Source: an uncultured delta proteobacterium (lineage in GTDB: Bacteria > Desulfobacterota > Syntrophorhabdia > Syntrophorhabdales > WCHB1-27). Taken from it: a DNA stretch of 64,000 bases. Location: contig CAWFMJ010000023.1 in NCBI GenBank assembly GCA_963816715.1, positions 332,213 through 396,212 of the forward strand, given 5' to 3'. A model generated the notes under the pieces. That model was given only the letters and a program-made list of their open reading frames with translations, did not search any database and was not told the DNA's origin. The stretch's first letter is position 1, and each line of letters begins with the position of its first letter. Position numbers and translations under genes: made by a program. Positions 36,786-45,773 of this stretch are shown here, one piece after another.

Positions 36786-39124
36786 ATGGAGGACCTTTCG
36801 GCTCCATGCCCGTCGCCTGCCGTGCTCGGAGCCCCGGCCTCCAACAGGCCTCTTTCGACCCCTGAGGAGCGCATCGCGCTTTTCATACGGCTGTTCCGCT
36901 GCCGCGAGGACGTATTTCCGAAAATGTGGGAGAACCAGAAGAAGGGGACGAGAGGCTATTCGCCGGCGTGCGCGTCAGAGTGGGTTCGAGGCATCTGCGA
37001 CAAGCCGAGAATCAAGTGCAGCGCGTGTCCGAACCGCGCGTTCGTGCCCTTCGACGAGACGATTGCCCGCGGCCATCTGGAAGGAACCTTCACGGTCGGC
37101 AGCTATACTATTCGCGAAGACGACACCTGCACATTCCTCGCAGCCGACTTCGACAAAGAGCGATGGGGCGTCGATGCACTGACATACAAGGCTGCGACGA
37201 GGGACATGGGTATCGAGGCTTACATAGAGCGGTCGCGGTCGGGGAGCGGAGGCCATACCTGGATATTCTTCCAGGAACCGATCAAGGTTCGCCTCGCCCG
37301 ACAAATGGGAACGCTCATCCTCACCCACGCCATGGAGCGGCAACACCGCATCGGGTTCGACAGCTACGACAGGTTCTTTCCCAGCCAGGACACCATGCCG
37401 AGCGGAGGCTTCGGGAACCTCATCGCCCTCCCCCTGCAAAGGATTCCCCGGAGGGCCGGGAACAGCGTTTTCGTGGACGACGACCTTACCCCTTACCCGG
37501 ATCAATGGGAATTTCTGAGCCGTGTGCGGCTTCTTTCCGCCGAGGACGTCGCCGCCGTGCTCCACGACAACGCGCCGGCGCCAAGACGCAAGTCCGACCA
37601 GGCGGATGCCGACATCATGGATGCCGAAGCATCGATCGATACCGCAGACGAAAAGAGCAGGGGTACCTACTCGGGGGCCATCTCCTTCCGCTATTCCCGA
37701 CATCTCGAGATCGGAATTCGTAGGTTGCCTTCGAGCCTTATCTCGGCATTCAAACGGGCCGCGACCTTCGCAAACCCCAAATTCTTCGAACTGCAACGGA
37801 TGCGCTTCTCCACCTGGAATACTCCCCGTTACATCTGCTCCGCAGAGCTTTCCGATAACGGCGAGGCGATGATAGTGCCGCGGGGACTTCTTCCACGCTG
37901 CATGCAGCTTGCCGAGGTGGCGGGTGCGAGCGTGGACTTCGAGGATCTTCGCACCGTAACGAAACGTGTTCCCATCGGGTTCACGGGGAGCCTTCTGCCC
38001 CTCCAGAAAAGAGCCTTACGCGCCCTTGCGTCTCAGGAGTCCGGGGTGCTCGTCGCCCCGCCTGGCTCCGGGAAAACTGTCATCGCCTGTGCCCTGATTG
38101 CCAAGAGGAAGCTTCCCACCCTCGTGCTCGTCCACCGCAAGCAGCTTGCCGACCAGTGGAAGGAACAGTTGCTCCAGTTTACTGACATTAGCAAAGGACA
38201 GATCGGAACTTTCGATGCCAAGGAGACCAGGCGCAAGGGCATCGTGGACGTGGGGATGCTCCAGACCCTTACCAGAGATCACGATCCTGATCGGCTGATG
38301 GACGGCTACGGCCACATCGTGATCTACGAATGCCACCACGCCCCGGCCGTGTCCTTCGAATCGGTGCTCAAGCGCATCCAGGCACGCCACTTTCTCGGTT
38401 TCACCGCCACCCGGTACCGTAAGGACGGGTTGGAGAAGATCATTACCATGCAATGCGGACCCGTGCTCCACACAATGGAAAAAACGAAAGCTCAATCGCA
38501 ACTTTCCCGCTAGGTCTTCGTGGGTGAAACAGGATTCCGGATGGGTCCCGAGGCGAGCGCGCAGCCGGCGCTCCACGAAATCTGGCAGGCCCTCGTGACC
38601 GACGCCGAACGTCTCCGGCTCGTAGCGTCCGACGCCATAGCGGCTCTTGAGGAAGAAAGGTTCCCGCTCGTTCTTTCCGATAGAAAGGACCATCTCGAAC
38701 TGCTTCTGGCCGAGATTGCCGCCGCGAGCAAGCACGCCGCGGGCTTTCTCTTTACCAGCGACATCGGAAAGCGCCAGAGAAACCGAATGATGGATGAGAT
38801 CAGGGCGATGAGGAAAAGGGGTGAGTTCCCTTTCTTGCTTTCGACCGGCTCTCTCATCGGCGAAGGGTTCGACCTGCCTGAGCTGTGTACGTTGGTCCTC
38901 GCCATGCCGCTGTCTTCAAGGGTCGCCTCGTACAGTACGCCGGGCGTCTTCACCGCGAAAGCGCCGGCAAGCAGGACGTTCGCATCTACGACTACGTCGA
39001 AGCCAATCTTGGCCTTTGCATCACGATGTTCAGAAAGAGGATGACCACCTACCGGAAGATGGGGTACACCGTCGAGATTCCTCCCGGCTCACACCTCAAC
39101 GAGGTGGTGGGACGGAAACAGTAG
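36786..39124 (+). pseudogene. archaeo-eukaryotic-primase (PrimPol-like) domain fused to SF2 DExH helicase, disrupted
   Basis: N-terminus FRCREDVFPKMWEN...GYSPAC...FLAADFDKERW...ERSRSGSGGHTWIFF...SYDRFFPSQDTMPSGGFGNLIALPLQ. Helicase motifs are APPGSGKTV, IYECHHAP, TATRYR and QYAGRLHR. There is an in-frame TAG at 38511-38513 and a 1-nt frameshift near 38912-38916. A further frameshift near 36785 is possible. Confidence 0.75.
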
Positions 39125-39266
39125 GAGGGAGTTTTTTGGCGAGGAAATCAGTCGCTGCGATGACGCGAAAGAAAAACCGTCGGATTCCGGCCTTCTGTGG
39201 GCCTTTTCGTGACCTCTAGTGCGAAAGCTCTTTTCGCGCTACGTAAATACGCGGTAAAATGGGGGA

Positions 39267-39287
39267 GTTCGATTCCCGCCTCCACCA
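39267..39287 (+). other. tmRNA / tRNA-Ala-like 3-prime-end fragment
   Basis: GTTCGATTCCCGCCTCCACCA is a T-loop, CCCGC and the CTCCACCA end typical of tRNA-Ala and tmRNA, but 3 nt short in the acceptor strand. There is no matching T-stem 5-prime strand or body upstream. Confidence 0.45.
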
Positions 39288-39664
39288 TTTTATAATCCGA
39301 CAAAATCCAATGAAGTACACAAACTTGTCAGAAATGGGGGGGTTGCTCTCCGGACTCGCCTTCATCTTGCAGGAGAGCGCCTTTCACGGCGCTCGCTCTA
39401 TTTTGTTGTCCGCTTCCCAACCGGCGAACATCGCACATTCTCCCCTACCTGGAACAGTTTAAGGACGCTCGCCATGGATGCATATTGAACAGGGGCATTT
39501 CGACCCGGCAGGCTTCCGAACGTCTCGCGCCTTTTATTCCCAGGTCGACAACTGCCTCGTAGGTGCACTTGGGCGGCAACTCTCTGTCAGGAAGATGAAG
39601 ATAATGCCGGGGCGGCCGTCGGATGCGCAATGCCTCTGCCGGCCGCTGCTTCTCCTTGCCGCGC

Positions 39665-40111
39665 TTATCTCGAAAACTCCTCGTAGTTCTGCATCTTGTA
39701 TTGTCCCTCGGTCACCGTCGAAAAGTGAAAGATCGGCCGGTCGATGCGCCTCATGATCAGGGGACAATGAGTCATGCCGCCGGGGACGAATATGAGGCTG
39801 CTGCTCGTGATGATATGCTGCTCGTCCTCGAGCCAGAACTCGATCTCCGCGCCGAGATCGTAGGGGGCTTGCGAATTGCTGCCGAAAAAGCCGATGATCT
39901 CGTCTTCGGCGTGGGAATGGGCGTGGGCCATGGGCGTGTCTTCCTGCGGCGGCCGCAGGTACCAGGAGACGTTCATTTGAAAGGCGCCGTCGACCACCTG
40001 GTTGTCCATCCACAACACCCGCGTTGCCCACTTCGCGTACTCCGCCGCATACTCGGGCGAGAATCTGTTGGTCTTCAACTCACTCACGATGTGCTTCCCG
40101 TACTTCGACAT
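39665..40111 (-). CDS. cupin-fold protein
   Basis: 148 aa with a His-rich cupin motif (PMAHAHSHAEDEIIGFFG...IFVPGGMTHCP). It is the last gene of the leftward operon. Confidence 0.6.
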   Translation of the reverse strand: MSKYGKHIVSELKTNRFSPEYAAEYAKWATRVLWMDNQVVDGAFQMNVSWYLRPPQEDTPMAHAHSHAEDEIIGFFGSNSQAPYDLGAEIEFWLEDEQHIITSSSLIFVPGGMTHCPLIMRRIDRPIFHFSTVTEGQYKMQNYEEFSR

Positions 40112-40302
40112 GTCGCGTACCTCCGCGTTTTAATGTCTCCCTCGGGGAGAAAGCCCCTCGCCTTCCAGGCGGAGGCTTGAGTCCCCGAAGGAGACCTGAT
40201 CGCAGGAAATCCCCCGACTAAAGTCGGCGTCCGGTTTTCACCCGGCCATGCCAAACCTGTGGAAGATAATCAATTTCATGGGGAATTGCCGGTTCCCTTT
40301 CG

Positions 40303-41523
40303 TTATCGCTGGCCCCAACCCGGCGCCAGCTTGAGCTTATAGCCGCCGGCGACGGCAGGGTAAAAGAGCATCTGCTTTCCATCCCACCATTGATTGGCGG
40401 TGCTGGAAAAGAGGGCCAGGCCGGTCTCGTCGAATTTCAGATCGCCCATGACCGTTTGTTTGTACTCGGCGTTGCGGAACGCGTTCCTCACCGCGGTTTT
40501 GTCATAGGACTGAGCCCTTTCGATCGCCATGAACAGGGTTTGAGCCGTGCCGTAGAAGGCGCCAATGCTGACGGAGCGCTTGCCGAACTTGGCGGTATAG
40601 CGCTGTCCAAGCTCTTTGCAGAGCGGATAAGGAAAGTCTTCGGACCAGAATCCGTCGCATATGACGTAGTTGGCGTCTTTCCCCAGGGCGTTGGCAACTT
40701 CGATGGCCCAGGTTCCCTTCCAGCCGTGCAGGTACTTGACGTTAAGTTTCGATTCCTTTATTTGGCGGACGAGCGTAATGGCGTCCGTGGGGGCGCCGTA
40801 GAGCAGGATGGCATCCACGTTTTTCGCCTTCATTTTGAGGATCTGCGAGGAATAGTCCTTCGCGCCGATGGCCCACGGCTCATCAACGGCAAAAGTGTAG
40901 CCGTGTTCCTTCGCATGAGCCCGGAAACCCCCTGCAAAGGCAGCGCCGTCGGGGCTGTCTTCCATCAGCAGGGCGACATTCTTCGGTCTTTCCTCTTTCT
41001 TCAGCATTGTCTCCCAGACCACAAAGGGGACGTCTGAAGCGCCTCCCGCGGAAAAGAACATGAGGGAGGACCATTGGTACTTCTGGGGAACCCACATCTC
41101 CGGCCAGCACGTGCTCGTATGGTAAAACATCTGGTACTTCTCCGCCGTGTTGCAGGCAGGAATGCTCATCGTCGCCGAGTGGGTGCCGAGCATCAAGTCG
41201 ACCTTGTCTATCTTGGCCAGCTTTTCTATGGCCGCAGCCACCTTAGCCGGCTCGCTCTCGTCGTCCGCGGTGACCAGCTTTATGGGCAGTTTCTTCCCGG
41301 CCGACTTGATGAAAATGCCGCCCTTTTTGTTCCAGTCCGCCACCGCCTGCTCGTAGGCCCATTTCAACTCCAGCCCGTCCGGCGCAAGAGGTCCGGTCAT
41401 AGAGATAGGAGCGCCGATGAGAATCTCGTTCTTCGCGGCCCCCGCCGGCCCCGAAAACAGCAAGCACACCATGAGAACGGAAAAACAGAACCCAAGCCAC
41501 AACAAAACTTTCTTCCCCTTCAT
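40303..41523 (-). CDS. ABC transporter substrate-binding protein (LivK-type fold)
   Basis: ORF 40303..41574 trimmed to the ATG at 41521-41523 (MKGKKVLLWLGFCFSVLMVCLLFSGPAGA, a signal peptide). Confidence 0.9.
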   Translation of the reverse strand: MKGKKVLLWLGFCFSVLMVCLLFSGPAGAAKNEILIGAPISMTGPLAPDGLELKWAYEQAVADWNKKGGIFIKSAGKKLPIKLVTADDESEPAKVAAAIEKLAKIDKVDLMLGTHSATMSIPACNTAEKYQMFYHTSTCWPEMWVPQKYQWSSLMFFSAGGASDVPFVVWETMLKKEERPKNVALLMEDSPDGAAFAGGFRAHAKEHGYTFAVDEPWAIGAKDYSSQILKMKAKNVDAILLYGAPTDAITLVRQIKESKLNVKYLHGWKGTWAIEVANALGKDANYVICDGFWSEDFPYPLCKELGQRYTAKFGKRSVSIGAFYGTAQTLFMAIERAQSYDKTAVRNAFRNAEYKQTVMGDLKFDETGLALFSSTANQWWDGKQMLFYPAVAGGYKLKLAPGWGQR

Positions 41524-41583
41524 TCTCGTACCCCCCTTTGTTTGTTGATCGTACTCGTGGCGCCATCGCTCCACCTGTCTCTC

Positions 41584-42534
41584 CTAGCCCGCGACGGCCT
41601 CCTTCTTCCACAGCCTCACTATGCCGTTCGGCATGAAAAGCATGACAAGAATGATGATGATGCCGGAAAAAACGGGGTGGACTGAGGGGAAATAGATATT
41701 CGCCGCAGTAAAGACGCCCGTCATCATCAGCCCTCCTATAATCGGACCGACCACCGTTCCGCTTCCTCCGATCACGCACATGAGCACCGGATAGAGGGTC
41801 CATCTCAGGATGAGGAAGGCATCCGGGCTGACGTTAAAGAGGTAGTAGGCGTAGAGGCTTCCGCACATGCCGAAAAGGAAAGCGCTTATCGCGAAAGCGA
41901 GGACCTTGTACTTAAGGATGTGGATTCCGCTCGAGGCCGCCGCAGTCTCGTCCTCCCTGACTGCCACAAGGGCGAGGCCGACCCTTGACCTTGTCATGAA
42001 ATAGACCACCACTGTCGAGAGGAGAGCGAGGAAGAGGGCGGTCCAATAATGGGGTCTCATGGTCTTGTACGAGGTCGATGGCAGGATGATGCCGACGGGC
42101 CCGCCGGTGAACTGGCCTCCCTTGATGCACGCGACCTTCAGGATTTCCCCGAATCCGAGGGTCCCGAGGGCGAAGTAGTCGCCGTGGAGCTTGGAGAGCA
42201 GGGGTATGCCGATGCCGATGGCGAAGACCGCCGGGACGATGCCGCTCAGAGCCATCGTGACCGGGTCGAAGTAATAATGTCCCGTCCCGAACAGGTCCGA
42301 GCGCCAGATCATGGCCGTCGTATAGGCCCCAAGCGCGAAAAAGGCATGGGTGCCAAGGCTGATCTGGCCCGTGTACCCTGCGACGAGGTTCCATCCCTGC
42401 GCCAGCGTGATGTGGCAGAAAGTGAGGAACAGGAAATAAACAAGGTACGATTTCTCCGAGTCGGAGACGAACGGCACGAAGACGAGAAGCAGGACAACAA
42501 GAAGAAAGACGCCTATCGATCTCATATCGCGCAT
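41584..42534 (-). CDS. ABC transporter permease, LivM family
   Basis: 316 aa, polytopic, with GQISLGTHAFFALGAYT. Confidence 0.9.
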   Translation of the reverse strand: MRDMRSIGVFLLVVLLLVFVPFVSDSEKSYLVYFLFLTFCHITLAQGWNLVAGYTGQISLGTHAFFALGAYTTAMIWRSDLFGTGHYYFDPVTMALSGIVPAVFAIGIGIPLLSKLHGDYFALGTLGFGEILKVACIKGGQFTGGPVGIILPSTSYKTMRPHYWTALFLALLSTVVVYFMTRSRVGLALVAVREDETAAASSGIHILKYKVLAFAISAFLFGMCGSLYAYYLFNVSPDAFLILRWTLYPVLMCVIGGSGTVVGPIIGGLMMTGVFTAANIYFPSVHPVFSGIIIILVMLFMPNGIVRLWKKEAVAG

Positions 42535-42537
42535 GCC

Positions 42538-43431
42538 TTAAACCTTCTTGATTGACCGGACAAAGAGTCCCTCCGGCTTGAACAGCAACACGAGGAGAAA
42601 TATCGCATAGCCGACGGCGTCGGCCCACCCGCCGCTCACAAAAAAAGCCGCCCAACTCTCAAGCAGACCGAGGATGATGCCGCCGAGCAAGGCGCCGGAG
42701 ACGCTCCCCAAGCCTCCGAGGGCAAGAGCGATCATTGCCTTCAGACTAAAGATGAAGCCAAAATACGGATCGAAAGGATAAGTAGTCGAGAGCGCGATCC
42801 CCGCTATTCCCGACAAACCGATCCCGATGGCGAAGGTGACCATATTGACCCAATGGGGACCGATGCCCACGAGACTTGCCGCTCCCATGTCCTCTGAGGC
42901 CGCCCGCACGGCCTTCCCTATGAGAGTTTTTTTCAAGAAAAGCGTCACGCCCACGGTGGCGAGCATCGCCATTACGAATCCCATGAGGCGGGTAAACGAG
43001 ATATCGAGATTTCCCAAAGAGAGGGACGAAGAGGTGTACCCTGTGGATACCGACCTCGGATTCGGCGTCCACGCGACCGACATCAGATTTTCGAGAAGGA
43101 ACATAAGCCCCACGGCGATGAGGAGGCTGATGTTTTTGTCCTCCATTCTGATTGCCCTTCTGAAGAGCGTCTGGTACAAGCCGGCGCCGAGCGCCAGGGC
43201 GAAGGGAGCGAGGATAATCGTCGATAGGTAGGGGTCGATCTTGAGCAGCGTAAAGAGCCAGAAGCACAAATAGGCCATAAAGATGATGACGGCGCCCTGG
43301 GAGAGAAAAATGATGTGCATCGTCCCGAAGATAAGGCTGAGACCTATGGCGGCAAGGCCGTACATAGTGCCGAAGAGGATGCCGTTGACAAAGAGTTGAG
43401 AGAGGAGTCCGAAGGTCAGATAATCGAGCAT
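42538..43431 (-). CDS. ABC transporter permease, LivH family
   Basis: 297 aa with the N-terminus LSQLFVNGILFGTMYGLAAIGLSLIFG. Confidence 0.9.
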   Translation of the reverse strand: MLDYLTFGLLSQLFVNGILFGTMYGLAAIGLSLIFGTMHIIFLSQGAVIIFMAYLCFWLFTLLKIDPYLSTIILAPFALALGAGLYQTLFRRAIRMEDKNISLLIAVGLMFLLENLMSVAWTPNPRSVSTGYTSSSLSLGNLDISFTRLMGFVMAMLATVGVTLFLKKTLIGKAVRAASEDMGAASLVGIGPHWVNMVTFAIGIGLSGIAGIALSTTYPFDPYFGFIFSLKAMIALALGGLGSVSGALLGGIILGLLESWAAFFVSGGWADAVGYAIFLLVLLFKPEGLFVRSIKKV

Positions 43432-43436
43432 TAGTC

Positions 43437-44159
43437 TTACTCCAGTGTCCCCAGGTAGGCGTTCTGCACTTCAGGGTCGGCGAGGAGCTGTTCTCCGGGA
43501 CCCTCGAGAGCGATCTCTCCGGTCTTCATGACGTAGGCGTGATGAGAGACTTTCAAAGCCTGGTAAATGTTCTGTTCCACAAGAAGAATGGTCGTTCCTT
43601 TCCGGTTCAGCTCCTCGATCAACTCGAACATCGCGTTGACGACAAGGGGGCTTAAGCCCAGGGAAGGCTCGTCGAGCATCAGGATCTCCGGCTTGCTCAT
43701 CATCGACCGGCCGATTGCGAGCATCTGCTGTTCCCCTCCGCTGAGGGAGCCTGCAATCTGGCCATGTCTATTCTTGAGGATGGGGAACAGGTCGTAAACC
43801 TTATTCAGAGATTCCTGCAGGAATGGCCTGGCCCGGGAGACGTAAGCGCCCAGTTCGAGGTTCTCTTGCACGGTCAGCCGGCCAAAGAGCCTCCGGCCCT
43901 CGGGAACGAGGGAGATGCCCGCGTTCACCACCGCCTCCGGCTTAAGACCTAACAGATCCTTGCCGGCAAAGAAGATGCTGCCGCTCCCGGGACGCTTCAT
44001 TCCGGATACGGCCTTGAGGAGGGTCGACTTGCCGGCGCCGTTCGCGCCCACCAGGGCGACGATCGAGCCTTCGTCCACAGAGAGGGAGACGCCCCACAAG
44101 GCCTGAACGGCGCCGTAGGATACGGTTAAATTCCTAATTTCGAGCAAGGGTTTTTCCAA
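43437..44159 (-). CDS. ABC transporter ATP-binding protein, LivF family
   Basis: 240 aa with GANGAGKST, LSGGEQQML and LMLDEPS. Confidence 0.9.
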   Translation of the reverse strand: MEKPLLEIRNLTVSYGAVQALWGVSLSVDEGSIVALVGANGAGKSTLLKAVSGMKRPGSGSIFFAGKDLLGLKPEAVVNAGISLVPEGRRLFGRLTVQENLELGAYVSRARPFLQESLNKVYDLFPILKNRHGQIAGSLSGGEQQMLAIGRSMMSKPEILMLDEPSLGLSPLVVNAMFELIEELNRKGTTILLVEQNIYQALKVSHHAYVMKTGEIALEGPGEQLLADPEVQNAYLGTLE

Positions 44160-44877
44160 GATATGCCTCTATGACCTTCGCATCTTTCGCTATTTCTTCA
44201 GGCTTCCCATCGGCTATTTTCACCCCGTAATTAAGAACGGCAACCCTGTCGCAGGCGCGAAAGACGGCGTCGACCTTATGCTCGACCCACAGGATGGAGA
44301 TCCCTCTCTCTTCCCGGGCCCGCGTGATGACGTTGAGCAGCTTTTTGATCTCGGCCGCGTTCAATCCAGCCATCGGCTCATCGAGGAGCGTCACCGTAGG
44401 CGACGAGGCGAGGGCCCGTGCGACTTCGACTAACCGACGGTCCGACAAGGTCAGGTTGGAGGCGAGAACGTTCTTCTTCTCCTCTATTTCCACGATCTTC
44501 AAGGCAGCCATCGCCCTCGCCCTCGCACCCTTGGCGCCGCCGCCGCAGCCGTACACGGCGCCGACCATCACATTGTCGAAGGCCGTCATCTTGTTGAAAG
44601 TCTTCACGAGTTGATAGGTCCTGGAAATTCCCATATGGCACAGAGTGTGAGGCGGCGCGCCCGTAACCTTTTTCCCGTTGAGAAATACATCGCCCCGCTG
44701 CGGTCGGCACAGCGAGCTGATCACGTTGAAAAGGGTAGATTTGCCGGCGCCGTTGGGACCGATGAGACCGACCAGTTCTCCCTTGTTCAGCGACAGGCTC
44801 ACATCGGTGAGTACCATAAGCCCGCCGAAGGACATGTAAATCCCTTCTACCCTCATTAACGCGGCATCATCGGCCAT
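44134..44877 (-). CDS. ABC transporter ATP-binding protein, LivG family
   Basis: ORF 44134..45090 trimmed to the ATG at 44875-44877 (MADDAALMRVEGIYMSFGG), which has GAGGG upstream. It has GPNGAGKST and LLDEP. Confidence 0.9.
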   Translation of the reverse strand: MADDAALMRVEGIYMSFGGLMVLTDVSLSLNKGELVGLIGPNGAGKSTLFNVISSLCRPQRGDVFLNGKKVTGAPPHTLCHMGISRTYQLVKTFNKMTAFDNVMVGAVYGCGGGAKGARARAMAALKIVEIEEKKNVLASNLTLSDRRLVEVARALASSPTVTLLDEPMAGLNAAEIKKLLNVITRAREERGISILWVEHKVDAVFRACDRVAVLNYGVKIADGKPEEIAKDAKVIEAYLGKTLARN

Positions 44878-44891
44878 ACGAACCCTCGCGG

Positions 44892-45677
44892 TTACTTTGC
44901 ACAGATCCCTCCATCGGTCACGAGCACCTGGCCGCACATGTAGTTCGAGCCGGCGGAAGCGAGGAAAACAGCGGCGGCCTTCAATTCCTCCGGTTGCGCT
45001 TCCCGTCCTATCGGTATCCAGGCGCGAATCGTCTTCATGAACTCGGGATCGTCGTAGCCTCCCAATTTTGTCACGTAAAACCCCGGGCAAAGGGCGTTGA
45101 CGTTGATGCCATAGGGCGCATATTCCAGCCCCAGCTCACGGGTAAGGTTCACTACGGCGCCTTTTGCGCTGCAATAGGCAGGGGCGGGTATCACCGCCGA
45201 AGAACCGCTCAGTCCCCAGATGGAGGCGACATTGATTATCTTTCCGCTCTTTTGCTGCACCATCACTTTGAGCGCCTCTCTTGCACAGTAGAACGCGCCC
45301 TGGAGATCCACCGAGATAACCCTGTTCCACCACTCTGTCGTGTATTCGTGCAGGGGTTTCGGGACGTCGTTGGTATTGTCGGAAACGCCCGCGTTATTGA
45401 AGAGGACGTCGAGCCGGCCGAATTCGTCGACCGTCTTTCTCACCATGGCGACGACGTTCTCCTCATCTGTCACGTCGCAGAAGACCACGAGGGCCTTTCT
45501 TCCCATTTGCCTGACCTTCCGGGCAGTTTCTTCGAGGGCGGGCAGATTCCTGGCGGCACAGACGACATTGGCGCCGGCTTCTGCCATGGCCTCGGCAAAG
45601 GCTGCGCCCAGGCCGCTGGATGCGCCGGTGACCAGCGCCGTCTTATCGGTTAGATCAAACATGTGCGGATATTTCAT
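44892..45677 (-). CDS. short-chain dehydrogenase/reductase
   Basis: ORF trimmed to MKYPHMFDLTDK (GGAGGG upstream). It has TGASSGLG, NNAG and YCSAKGA. Confidence 0.9.
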   Translation of the reverse strand: MKYPHMFDLTDKTALVTGASSGLGAAFAEAMAEAGANVVCAARNLPALEETARKVRQMGRKALVVFCDVTDEENVVAMVRKTVDEFGRLDVLFNNAGVSDNTNDVPKPLHEYTTEWWNRVISVDLQGAFYCAREALKVMVQQKSGKIINVASIWGLSGSSAVIPAPAYCSAKGAVVNLTRELGLEYAPYGINVNALCPGFYVTKLGGYDDPEFMKTIRAWIPIGREAQPEELKAAAVFLASAGSNYMCGQVLVTDGGICAK

Positions 45678-45773
45678 GTTCCCTCCGTGCGGCATCGCCA
45701 ATTACCGGGGCTCAGCGCCCCCTCCCGGTGGAACGAGAGACCGCCGTACTGAACGGAAAGGCTCTGACAGGTT

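Noticed and set aside
24719-38513. In-frame TAG codons as pyrrolysine or programmed read-through
   Set aside because: TAG terminates several well-defined genes in the same window. No Pyl machinery or methylamine methyltransferase genes are visible, and both affected genes sit in a decaying island alongside frameshifted neighbours.
17620-39300. Prophage or CRISPR content in the island
   Set aside because: No capsid, terminase, tail or portal-like ORFs are present. No array of regularly spaced repeats occurs anywhere in the window, and the only tandem repeats are the 11-bp pairs and the 30-nt duplicate already listed.
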